Assembly: GCA_030262855.1 (NCBI GenBank) | Contig: JAJSZL010000002.1 | Coordinates: 1,234-65,233 of the forward strand | Direction: 5' to 3' | DNA length: 64,000 nt | From: Candidatus Desulfofervidaceae bacterium | GTDB lineage: Bacteria; Desulfobacterota; Desulfofervidia; Desulfofervidales; Desulfofervidaceae | In this document: in pieces, positions 36,697 to 44,870 of the stretch | How positions within the stretch are numbered: the stretch's first letter is position 1 | Layout of the letters: every line of letters starts with the position of its first letter | Notes under the pieces: model-generated | What the model saw: only the letters and a program-made list of their open reading frames with translations | Databases searched by the model: none | Told to the model about the DNA's origin: nothing | Program-made: the position numbers and the translations under genes

Positions 36697-37910
36697 GAAA
36701 GTAAGTATCTCCTTATTTTATCTAGGGCAGTCATGGCAGTAATAATCTTCACTTCTTCCCTATTTCCTTCAAAATGGTATGAAGAAACCTTTGTCCTTCT
36801 CTGGGTAGCCAGAGCGATAAACACTGTCCCCACCGGCGCCTCTGGTCCTCCGGTAGGTCCGGCGTAACCGGTCACGGCTACGGCAATATCACTCTGGGCC
36901 AGCCGACGTATCCCTTCGGCCATATACCTGGCCGTGGGTTCACTTACCGCTCCGTAAGTAGCAATAATCTCTGCCGGCACACCTAGAATTTCTATTTTGG
37001 CCTCATTGCTATAAGTTACGACCCCCCTTTCAAAATACGCTGAACTTCCCGCTACTTCTGTAATAAGATGACTAATAAGTCCCCCAGTTAAAGACTCAGC
37101 CGTCGCCAGTTTGTAGCCTTTTTGGAGAAGCAACTTCCCCACTACCTCTGCCATTGTTTCTGTATCTTCTCCAAAAATATTGTTACCTAAAATTGCTTTC
37201 ACTTCTTTAACTATTTGCTGTAAAACCGCCTCCTTTTCTGTGCGCAAAACCAGATGAACCTCCGGAAAATGGGGAAGAGAACTTACTTTTACTTCAGGAA
37301 ATCTGCTCAGCACCGTTTCAATCTTTGCTTGCACCTCGCTCTCTGATATACCAAAAACGCGCAAGGTCTTTTTAAACAAGATAGAACGGTGCAGGAATCT
37401 CCCTTTCAAATCAGGCAAGACTTGTTCTTGCAAAATCTGGCGCATTTGCTTAGGCACTCCTGGCAAAAAATACAAAATCTTATTTTGATAAAGTAGCTTG
37501 AAACCGCAAGCATGAAAGGCAATACCAATTGGCTGGCTACCTTTAGGCAAAAGGGCCATCTTTTCATGGCCTGGTAAAAACTGCAGTCCCTGTCTCTCTA
37601 GATGTTCTTTTAAATGAGCATAGGTCTGCTCATTAATCTCTAAAGGCAAACCCAAGGCATCTGCAACTGCTTTAACAGTCTTATCATCCCAAGTCGGTCC
37701 TAATCCTCCAGTAAGCACAATTAAATCTGCTCGCTTTAAGGCAGTGGCTAATACTTCCTGGATAGCTGCTTTATTATCTCCTACGGCTGTAATTTGGGTA
37801 ATGTTAAAACCAGCATCAGCCAGTTCCCGGGCTAGTTCAAAACTATTGGTATCCAACACCTCTCCGGTTAGAATTTCATCGCCAACAATAATAATCTCAC
37901 CACAAGGCAT
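36693..37910 (-). CDS. cinA: competence/damage-inducible protein CinA (MoCF-like N-domain + PncC-type NMN deamidase)
   Basis: 405 aa of two-domain CinA architecture, in the conserved pgpA-cinA-thpR-recA neighbourhood. Confidence 0.85.
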   Translation of the reverse strand: MPCGEIIIVGDEILTGEVLDTNSFELARELADAGFNITQITAVGDNKAAIQEVLATALKRADLIVLTGGLGPTWDDKTVKAVADALGLPLEINEQTYAHLKEHLERQGLQFLPGHEKMALLPKGSQPIGIAFHACGFKLLYQNKILYFLPGVPKQMRQILQEQVLPDLKGRFLHRSILFKKTLRVFGISESEVQAKIETVLSRFPEVKVSSLPHFPEVHLVLRTEKEAVLQQIVKEVKAILGNNIFGEDTETMAEVVGKLLLQKGYKLATAESLTGGLISHLITEVAGSSAYFERGVVTYSNEAKIEILGVPAEIIATYGAVSEPTARYMAEGIRRLAQSDIAVAVTGYAGPTGGPEAPVGTVFIALATQRRTKVSSYHFEGNREEVKIITAMTALDKIRRYLLS

Positions 37911-37931
37911 AATAACACCTTTATTGCAAAT

Positions 37932-38402
37932 TTATTTTTGCAAAAATATCCTCCCTAGATGATACAATTTTAATAAACCTAAGCTATAAATGCCGGCAAG
38001 CAGATCATCTAACATGATACCTGTTCCCCCCTTTATTTTTTCTGCCTGTTTGAGGGGAAATGGTTTTACTATATCAAAAAATCGGAATAAAATAAAACCC
38101 CAGGTAATATTTAACCAGGTTGGAGGTAAGGTCCACATTGTTAACCAAAATCCTGCCATCTCATCAATTACCACCTGAGAGGGATCTGGTTTCCGAAAGT
38201 GTTTTGCTGCCTGCGAGGACGCATAGACACCTGCCAAAGTAATCATTAGGAGAAAAAGCAGATATTTAACTGGATCTTTAGGCAAAAAATAATAAATTGC
38301 TACTGCTAATAATGTGCCACAGGTGCCAGGAGCTCCAGGAAGATAACCAACCCCTACTCCTGTAGCCAGCCCCAAACATAATCTTTTTATTATCTCTCGC
38401 AT
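37932..38402 (-). CDS. pgpA: phosphatidylglycerophosphatase A
   Basis: 156-aa membrane protein with GxPGTxGT (GAPGTCGTL) and the DDLLAG motif. Confidence 0.85.
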   Translation of the reverse strand: MREIIKRLCLGLATGVGVGYLPGAPGTCGTLLAVAIYYFLPKDPVKYLLFLLMITLAGVYASSQAAKHFRKPDPSQVVIDEMAGFWLTMWTLPPTWLNITWGFILFRFFDIVKPFPLKQAEKIKGGTGIMLDDLLAGIYSLGLLKLYHLGRIFLQK

Positions 38403-38708
38403 AAAGGCATCTTAAAAGGGAAATTATTGAAGAATAATTTCAAGCCTTCTATTTTTAGCTTGTCCCCCCGGGGTAGAATTATCTGCTATGGGTTGGCTTC
38501 CACCGTAACCTACAATGACCAATTAATTTTAAAGGCAATAGAATAATAGTAAAATTTTAAAAAATAGTAAACCCAAAATTTTAAATTCTACCGGTTAATA
38601 TAGTAATTGCAGTCTTTTGTTTAATAAAAAGAAAGGTAAAACCTAGGGAAAAGAGCTTGATTTTTTTCTTGACACCCCTAGATAACAGTGCTATTTTCAG
38701 TATAGCTC

Positions 38709-39860
38709 ATGCTTCGGTTGTGTGTTACAGCTATATTTATATATTTTTTTGTTTTTTCAGCAGTAGTCTTCGCATATGACCCTGGTATTACAGATACACA
38801 GATAGTAATAGGCACTTCTGCCGCCTTAACTGGACATGCCGCTTTTTTAGGCAAAAATATAGTCTATGGACTTCGCACTTATTTTAACTATATCAACGAT
38901 AGAGGTGGAATTTATGGTCGTAAAATTGTTCATATCGCTTATGACGATGATTATAATCCACCCCTTATGATCAGCAATGTAAGGCGTCTAATCCATAAAG
39001 ACCATATTTTTGCTTTAATGGGTTTGGTTGGCACCCCTACAACGCTGGCTGTTCTTAAAATTGTGGAAGAAAGCAAAATTCCCTTGCTATGTCCCTTTAC
39101 TGGAGCCCAGCAACTCCGCTATCCGTTTAAAAAGTATGTGATAAATTTGCGGGCTAGCTATTGGGATGAATGTGCAGCCGCGGTAGATTATTTTGTTAAA
39201 CATGGGAAGCGGCGCTTTGCTGTCTTTTATCAACAGGATGCCTACGGTCTTAACGGAAGACAGGGAGTAGATCGTCGGCTAATAAAATACGACCTCAGAC
39301 TAGTAGGAGAGGCCACTTATACCCGAGGTTGTACGGATGTGCGAAAGCAGGTAGCCATGCTTAAACAATTCAATCCAGATGCTATTGCCATGATTGGCAC
39401 TTATGATGCGTGTGCAGCCTTCATTAAAGAAGCTGTCAACCAGGGGATGGGGAATGTCTGGTTTTTCAATGTCTCTTTTGTGGGTAGTGATAAACTGGCC
39501 GCTTTGCTCAAAGACACAAAAGCAACTGTGTTTGTTACACAGGTAGTACCCTTTCCTACTGATAACTCGTTACCAGCCGTGAGAGAATATCAAGAATTAT
39601 TAAACATTTACTTCCCAAGAGTGAAACCTAACTTTACCTGTCTTGAAGGTTTTTTAGATGCCAAGTTGTTTGTAGAAGCCTTAAAAAGAGCAGGGCCTGC
39701 TCTTACCCGGGAGAATCTCATCAAGGCTATTGAAAGTATGCATAACCTTGATCTTGGTATTGGTGAAAAGGTCAATTTTGGCTCTGCTGATCATCAAGGA
39801 TTAAGTAAAGTATATATAACTCAGATAAAACATGGTCAAATTATTCCTGTCTCGGATTAA
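38709..39860 (+). CDS. periplasmic solute-binding protein (Leu/Ile/Val-binding, type 1 PBP family)
   Basis: 383 aa with a signal peptide. LivK-like motifs: IGTSAALTGHAAFLG and GLVGTPT. Confidence 0.75.
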   Translation: MLRLCVTAIFIYFFVFSAVVFAYDPGITDTQIVIGTSAALTGHAAFLGKNIVYGLRTYFNYINDRGGIYGRKIVHIAYDDDYNPPLMISNVRRLIHKDHIFALMGLVGTPTTLAVLKIVEESKIPLLCPFTGAQQLRYPFKKYVINLRASYWDECAAAVDYFVKHGKRRFAVFYQQDAYGLNGRQGVDRRLIKYDLRLVGEATYTRGCTDVRKQVAMLKQFNPDAIAMIGTYDACAAFIKEAVNQGMGNVWFFNVSFVGSDKLAALLKDTKATVFVTQVVPFPTDNSLPAVREYQELLNIYFPRVKPNFTCLEGFLDAKLFVEALKRAGPALTRENLIKAIESMHNLDLGIGEKVNFGSADHQGLSKVYITQIKHGQIIPVSD

Positions 39861-41961
39861 AAGCCTTTTTCAGCTTAGAAGCCCTTTCCGGTTTACACGG
39901 GTCTTTGCAATTAAGATGTTTCCTTTGTCTTTACTGGTTGGTCTCTTTATTTGTGTAGCTATTCCTTCCAGTTATTATTTCATCAGGACAGAAGACTTAA
40001 AAAAACAAGCTGCAGTGCATGCCGATTATCTAGCTTCCATTTTTAAAGAAGTGGTAGAAACTACCCCGGAAACTTGGGAAAAAGGAATTAAATCTTACAT
40101 TTCCCGCACTAATATTGCCTTCGTGAAAATATTTGACCGTAACCATAATCTAGTTTCAGAGATATCCTCAGCCTCTTTTTCTCGTCCTAGCTCGCTGGTA
40201 ACAGCGGAACGAGAGGCCCTTTACGCAGGAAAAACCTACGCCTTCGTTTTGGTAGGCATTTCTCTGAAAGAAACAAAAGCAGAAACTTTTAGATTATTAG
40301 TCTATTCCTCGTTGGCCGGAACCTTTATAGGTATTTTCCTTTTTCTCCTTCCAGTCTTGGAAATTTACCAGGTGGAAGAGAAAGTAAATGAATCTAGGCA
40401 GCAATTATTAGAAGAACAAGAAAAATTAAAATTTTCTGAAGAAAAATACAGGGCCTTATTTGAATTCGCCCCTGATGGTATCGTCATCTCAACTACTAGT
40501 GGGAGAATTGTTTCTTGGAACCAATCTTTTTTAGATATGTTCAATTTAGATAAAAAGAAAATCCCACAACTCAATATGGAAAACCTGTATGCAAATCCTA
40601 AAACAAGAAATAAAATAATGGCTGAACTTCACAAGCAGGGATATGTACAAAATAAAGAAATTGTTTTAAAAAGAACTGACGGAACAGAAATGCCTGCCTT
40701 AGTCTCATTGAAGTTGATAAGCTGTCGTTTAATAGCTGATGAAGTGTGCACAGAAGATAATCACCAGATGCTAATTGAAAACATCATTAGGGATATCAGT
40801 GAACAGAAAAAAATAGAACAACAGCTCATTCAGGCGCAAAAAATGGAAAGCATTGGTGTCTTGGCAGGAGGTGTTGCCCACGATTTTAACAACCTTCTAG
40901 CAGGTATTTTGGGATATGCAAATCTAATTAAAGTGGAAGTCAGTGAAGATACTTCTCTTTACCGGTATGCAGAAGTAATTGAGCGTTCAGCCACACGGGC
41001 TTCTGAATTGACGCAAAAGCTATTGGCATTTGCTCGTGGTGGTAAATACAAGGTAGAAGTAATAAATCTAAACGAAATTGTTGAGGAAGTGGTGGCCCTT
41101 TTAAGTCGGACTATTGAAAAAACCATTGCCATCCACAGGGAGCTTGCTTCTGACTTATTTCTAGTAGAGGTAGATCCTTCTCAGATGACTCAGACTTTAC
41201 TTAACATTTGCATCAATTCCCGAGATGCAATGCCCAATGGTGGCACTTTAACAATCAAGACTTTTAATACTTATTTAGAAGAAAGGTTTTTCCCCACCGG
41301 TGATCGTAGTAGACCCGGGAATTATGTAGCCGTTTCGGTAAGTGATACGGGAACAGGTATAGATGAAGCTACAAAGCAGCGCATTTTTGAACCTTTCTTT
41401 ACAACAAAAGAAAAGGGAAAAGGGACAGGATTAGGTCTTTCTATGGTCTATGGTATTGTAAGAAATCATGATGGGTATATAGATGTGAAAAGCAGGCTAG
41501 GTCAAGGCACCACCTTCATCATTTATCTACCAGCAGCAGAAAAAAAAGAACAAAGACAAATTGAGAAGGAAGAAGTTGAAATCTTAGGAGGAAGTGAAAC
41601 AATTTTATTAATAGATGACGAAGAAGTAGTTCGCAATTTGGTTAAAGATATTCTAGAAGGGAACGGTTATAAGGTCTTGCTAGCAAAAGACGGTGAAGAA
41701 GGTCTCTCTGTCTATCAAGCTTGCAAAGATCAAATTAATTTGGTGCTTTTAGATATGATTATGCCTAAAAAAAGTGGAACAGAAGTCTTTAAGACACTCA
41801 AGTCCGTCAACCCAAACGTAAAGGTGTTGCTTGTTACTGGATACAGTCTTAATGAACAGGCCCAGGCGATACTTCATAACGGAGCATTAGGCTTTATTCA
41901 GAAACCCTATCAAGTCAAAGAACTTCTGAAAACTATCAGAAAGGTCTTAGATAAAAAATAG
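39832..41961 (+). CDS. hybrid sensor histidine kinase/response regulator (TM-coiled coil-PAS-HisKA-HATPase-REC)
   Basis: H-box VAHDFNNLL, G-box GTGLGLSMVYGIV and a C-terminal REC (LVLLDMIMPKKSG). The start is uncertain: ATG 39832 overlaps the SBP gene, and ATG 39916 is the alternative. Confidence 0.85.
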   Translation: MVKLFLSRIKSLFQLRSPFRFTRVFAIKMFPLSLLVGLFICVAIPSSYYFIRTEDLKKQAAVHADYLASIFKEVVETTPETWEKGIKSYISRTNIAFVKIFDRNHNLVSEISSASFSRPSSLVTAEREALYAGKTYAFVLVGISLKETKAETFRLLVYSSLAGTFIGIFLFLLPVLEIYQVEEKVNESRQQLLEEQEKLKFSEEKYRALFEFAPDGIVISTTSGRIVSWNQSFLDMFNLDKKKIPQLNMENLYANPKTRNKIMAELHKQGYVQNKEIVLKRTDGTEMPALVSLKLISCRLIADEVCTEDNHQMLIENIIRDISEQKKIEQQLIQAQKMESIGVLAGGVAHDFNNLLAGILGYANLIKVEVSEDTSLYRYAEVIERSATRASELTQKLLAFARGGKYKVEVINLNEIVEEVVALLSRTIEKTIAIHRELASDLFLVEVDPSQMTQTLLNICINSRDAMPNGGTLTIKTFNTYLEERFFPTGDRSRPGNYVAVSVSDTGTGIDEATKQRIFEPFFTTKEKGKGTGLGLSMVYGIVRNHDGYIDVKSRLGQGTTFIIYLPAAEKKEQRQIEKEEVEILGGSETILLIDDEEVVRNLVKDILEGNGYKVLLAKDGEEGLSVYQACKDQINLVLLDMIMPKKSGTEVFKTLKSVNPNVKVLLVTGYSLNEQAQAILHNGALGFIQKPYQVKELLKTIRKVLDKK

Positions 41962-41986
41962 AAAACCTCGAGTCTCGCTTAGGTCC

Positions 41987-42016
41987 TTGACAGGAAGAAA
42001 AAATTAAGTTTAAAAT
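41987..42016 (+). promoter_or_regulatory. possible sigma-70 promoter of tRNA-Lys
   Basis: TTGACA-N18-TAAAAT ends about 20 nt before the tRNA 5' end. Confidence 0.4.
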
Positions 42017-42036
42017 GCAACTGCTCAATCCGAAGT

Positions 42037-42112
42037 GGGCCGTTGGCTCAACTGGCAGAGCAACGGACTCTTAATCCGTAGGTTGCAGGTTCGAGTCCTG
42101 CACGGCCCACCA
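42037..42112 (+). tRNA. tRNA-Lys (anticodon CTT), CCA encoded
   Basis: Acceptor stem GGGCCGT/ACGGCCC. Anticodon arm ACGGA-CTCTTAA-TCCGT. T-arm GCAGGTTCGAGTCCTGC. Discriminator A plus CCA. Confidence 0.93.
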
Positions 42113-42131
42113 GTAAAAAGAAAAGATTTAA

Positions 42132-42166
42132 GGCCAGTTAGGGAAGTAACCTAGCTGGCCTTTTTA
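42132..42166 (+). terminator. rho-independent terminator after tRNA-Lys
   Basis: GGCCAGTTAGG / 7-nt loop / CCTAGCTGGCC forms an 11-bp stem followed by TTTTT. Confidence 0.8.
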
Positions 42167-42180
42167 TTTAATAATTTTAG

Positions 42181-42202
42181 TAGTGGACAATTAGTGGACA
42201 AT
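42181..42202 (+). repeat. perfect tandem 11-mer x2 (TAGTGGACAAT)
   Basis: Read directly from the sequence. It is paralogous in position to the tandem at 44471-44492. Confidence 0.9.
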
Positions 42203-42347
42203 TAATCCAGTTTTACCTATAGGCCAAGAGCAAGACAAATTGACACTTGCCATGTACCCGAAAAGGGAAAAAGGTTGACAAAAGGGAACAAATTGAGTTA
42301 CTAGAAATATAAAGATATAATTAAAGAATAATTGGGAGTAATAAAAA

Positions 42348-42686
42348 ATGGCTATTATCAAAGCAGCCGAAATAGAAAACAAGCATCCTGGCACAGGAAG
42401 AATGATAGGGAGAATAATGGCTGATTATGTTTCTCGTGGGGATACAATTGATTTTGCAGGTTTTGAATCTTTCAGTAATTCCTTTGCTGATGAGTTTGTA
42501 AAAACCTTTATAGAAAAATATGGGAAAGAAGCCTTTCAGGAATTGAATTTTGTAAATACTAGTGAACTGCTTAAAACACTTCTCAAGCGGGCATTTGTCA
42601 GGAGAACTCTTGATGATAAAAGAGAAAAAAGTCCAATTGACTTTACACGGTGGGAACAGCTTAGAGTTTCTTCGTTGTTTGCTTGA
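42348..42686 (+). CDS. STAS-like (DUF4325-type) small protein
   Basis: 112 aa with a GGGAG RBS. The core GDTIDFAGFESFSNSFADEFV is typical of STAS-like/anti-anti-sigma-like domains. Its 3' end overlaps the next gene by 74 nt. Confidence 0.6.
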   Translation: MAIIKAAEIENKHPGTGRMIGRIMADYVSRGDTIDFAGFESFSNSFADEFVKTFIEKYGKEAFQELNFVNTSELLKTLLKRAFVRRTLDDKREKSPIDFTRWEQLRVSSLFA

Positions 42687-43461
42687 GTCTGAGATCGAAT
42701 GGGAATCTTCTTGCCCTAAAATTCTTGATCTTTCCCAGGTATTTTTTGTTACTCCGATAGTATGTGTATGGGTGAAATATTTTACCATCAAAAACTGGAA
42801 AACTCTTAAACCCTACAGTTATGAAGCTTCCCAATATTTAGAATGGATGAATATCTATGCGAATCAGAACTATGGAGACCAGAGATATATACCAACATTT
42901 CACCTGGTTGATGCAAGTGAGACCAACGAGGTAAGAAAAAGATTACTGGACATTTTCAAGAATTGGATGAATAAGGAAACCAGAGAATTTTTAAGTTACT
43001 CAATAAGCGAATTGATGGAAAATGTTTTTTTTCATGCTAAGTCTGAAGAAGGCTTGGTAATTCATGTTCAAAAATATGGAGCTTTTGACAATAGAATAGA
43101 AGCCTGTATAGTAGATTTTGGACAGGGAATAGCTAACTCCATGGCTGAAAATCCTGAATTTAGAGAGCGACCAGAAGAACAAAGATTTATAGCAGGGTTG
43201 ACACCTAGATGTACTTCCAAACCAGGCAGGCATACAGGAGAGGGATTAAGCTCTGTTCTTGAGTGGATTAAGCAAAATGATGATGCCCAAGGAGTGATTA
43301 TTTCTCAAAATTGTGTTTGGGGTAAACTTAAAAGAAAAGACGAAAAATGGTTGAAATACAATCTACCTAAATGGCCAGGTACTTTGATCTGGATGTCATT
43401 TCCTCGGGATTCCAGATTATCTCTTAATTCTGTGTGGGAAAAATTGGGATTTTCACTATAA
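42613..43461 (+). CDS. GHKL (histidine kinase/SpoIIAB-like) ATPase with an N-terminal STAS-like region
   Basis: ATG 42613 with a GGAGA RBS. N-box ELMENVFFH, G1 DFGQGI and G2 GEGLSS. The N-terminal ILDLSQVFFVTP is STAS-like. The track's longer start (42562) is unlikely. Confidence 0.65.
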   Translation: MIKEKKVQLTLHGGNSLEFLRCLLESEIEWESSCPKILDLSQVFFVTPIVCVWVKYFTIKNWKTLKPYSYEASQYLEWMNIYANQNYGDQRYIPTFHLVDASETNEVRKRLLDIFKNWMNKETREFLSYSISELMENVFFHAKSEEGLVIHVQKYGAFDNRIEACIVDFGQGIANSMAENPEFRERPEEQRFIAGLTPRCTSKPGRHTGEGLSSVLEWIKQNDDAQGVIISQNCVWGKLKRKDEKWLKYNLPKWPGTLIWMSFPRDSRLSLNSVWEKLGFSL

Positions 43462-43773
43462 TTGACAATCATAAAAAATGTCATTTCACCGCTGCGGCCT
43501 TGCGGCAATAATTTTGTCAAATGAATCCACAAGCACATTGACTAGCTGGGTGATTTTAGCAAGGTTGTTGGAAAAATGCGGTGCAGTTTATAAGGGAGAA
43601 ATAAAAAATGTCTCTAAAAACGGAAAAGGACAATCCGAATTGGCCTAAAACGATAGACGAGGTAGCTGAGAGAAACTCCTTGTTAAACTGTCTGAAAAAG
43701 AAACAGAAGTTATTTTATACAACTAAATAGCCAGCGGCTTGTTTAAGAAAACAAATAAGTAAAAGTAGATAAA

Positions 43774-44349
43774 ATGGACACAAGGATAAAGGAATGGAGT
43801 AAATTAAAGTTTTGTGATCCCGCTAAAGCTCTGCCAAAAATACGAAAATGGCAGGAGTTTATTGCGGCTAGTAATCTTGACGATAAAATTAAAAATTTAA
43901 GAACTCGAAAATTAAGAAAACATCTAGAAAAACGAATAGCCTCTTTATTTTGTTATGGAATGGGTATTTACCTTAATAAAACAATCTTTTTCGCACCAGC
44001 ACCAAACGATAATTCAGATTATGATGCTGTAGCAAAACGTATAGAAGGTAGTGAAATACATTATACACCTATACAAATTAAAGAAGTTGTACCAGAAAGG
44101 TTAAATCCAAAAACAGATATCAACCAAGAAATTGCCAAGTTATGTCGGTATCCCGTATCTAATGATACCGTTGTTGTAATGCACATCAATCGAGCTGGGC
44201 TATTAAATTTGTCATCTATAAAGCTGCCTGAATTGAATATTGCAGAATTGTGGTTACTGGGAGCTTCTAGCCCAGATCAGAATAAATGGTTTATTGCAGG
44301 CAACTTATTAGATAAACCTGCAATATTTGAATTTAATTATCCAGTCTAA
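43774..44349 (+). CDS. hypothetical protein, possible PD-(D/E)xK nuclease fold
   Basis: 191 aa. The DYDAV...IQIKEV spacing resembles the D...(E/Q)xK restriction-endonuclease-like core. This is a weak motif-level call only. Confidence 0.45.
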   Translation: MDTRIKEWSKLKFCDPAKALPKIRKWQEFIAASNLDDKIKNLRTRKLRKHLEKRIASLFCYGMGIYLNKTIFFAPAPNDNSDYDAVAKRIEGSEIHYTPIQIKEVVPERLNPKTDINQEIAKLCRYPVSNDTVVVMHINRAGLLNLSSIKLPELNIAELWLLGASSPDQNKWFIAGNLLDKPAIFEFNYPV

Positions 44350-44420
44350 CAAAAATCAGCAGAAAATCAGGAGGTCAGGGGTTTAATTCCCTGCTGGCTT
44401 CAGAAAAAATGAGAAGTAAT

Positions 44421-44455
44421 GGCCAATTAGGTTGACCAGCCGATTGGCCTTTTTC
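44421..44455 (+). terminator. rho-independent terminator
   Basis: GGCCAAT / loop / ATTGGCC followed by TTTTT. The stem sequence is related to that of the 42132 terminator. Confidence 0.7.
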
Positions 44456-44470
44456 TTTTAGTAGTAGTTT

Positions 44471-44492
44471 TAGTCACCTATTAGTCACCAAT
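44471..44492 (+). repeat. tandem 11-mer x2 (TAGTCACCTAT TAGTCACCAAT)
   Basis: Read directly from the sequence; the two units share 10/11 identity. Confidence 0.85.
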
Positions 44493-44870
44493 TTGCATAA
44501 AATCAATTTAGCCCTCAGCTAATAAAGCCACCAGTCTTTAAGGTTGTTGATTATAGAAAAACTAGAAGAGGTATTTAAAAAGGCTAAGGATGGCGGTGGA
44601 GAAGTATGGGCTAACTATTTTTATAATTACACCAGATATGATAAACTTACTTCAAAAGTAAGGAGCTAAAATGATTTTATTCCAAAACTGGCCAAAATAC
44701 TTTGGGGTTAGCGAAGAAGGTCAGAGAAAACTAAATGATACTTTTTCTTATGCACAGATAATCAGGCAAATGACGGACTAGGAATACCAGGAATTTCTTA
44801 ATAAGCCTAAGTTCAAAAAATAGAAAGACAATTTCAGAAATCTAAGAATCAGGGAAAACTAGTTAACTTG

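Noticed and set aside
38669-38697. Sigma-70-like TTGACA-N17-TATTTT upstream of the solute-binding protein gene.
   Set aside because: It would leave a leader of only a few nucleotides and no RBS. It is possibly a leaderless mRNA, but this is not supportable from sequence alone.
42181-42202. Tandem repeats (here and at 44471 and 51034) as a CRISPR array.
   Set aside because: The units are 10-11 bp, directly abutting with no spacers, and no cas genes are present. No CRISPR array exists in this window.
42321-42791. Track ORF 42321-42791 (-), 156 aa.
   Set aside because: It is antisense to the STAS/GHKL pair, with no motifs and low-complexity composition.
43608-43730. 40-codon ORF MSLKTEKDNPNWPKTIDEVAERNSLLNCLKKKQKLFYTTK upstream of the nuclease-like gene.
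   Set aside because: It has a plausible GGGAG RBS, but it is very short and has no recognisable features. Left unannotated.
44368-44400. AGGAGGTCAGGGGTTTAATTCCCTGCTGGCTTCA as a tRNA/tmRNA 3'-end fragment (an att remnant).
   Set aside because: The T-loop would be 8 nt and lack the TTC(G/A)A consensus. There is no CCA, and it does not match the 3' end of the adjacent tRNA-Lys. It is better explained as part of a decayed attC-like palindrome.
44530-44780. Short ORFs between the 44.4-kb terminator and the DUF3800 gene (for example ATG 44671, 36 aa, and a ~45-codon TTG-initiated frame at about 44545).
   Set aside because: They are too short, carry no motifs, and may be gene remnants. There is not enough evidence to annotate them.
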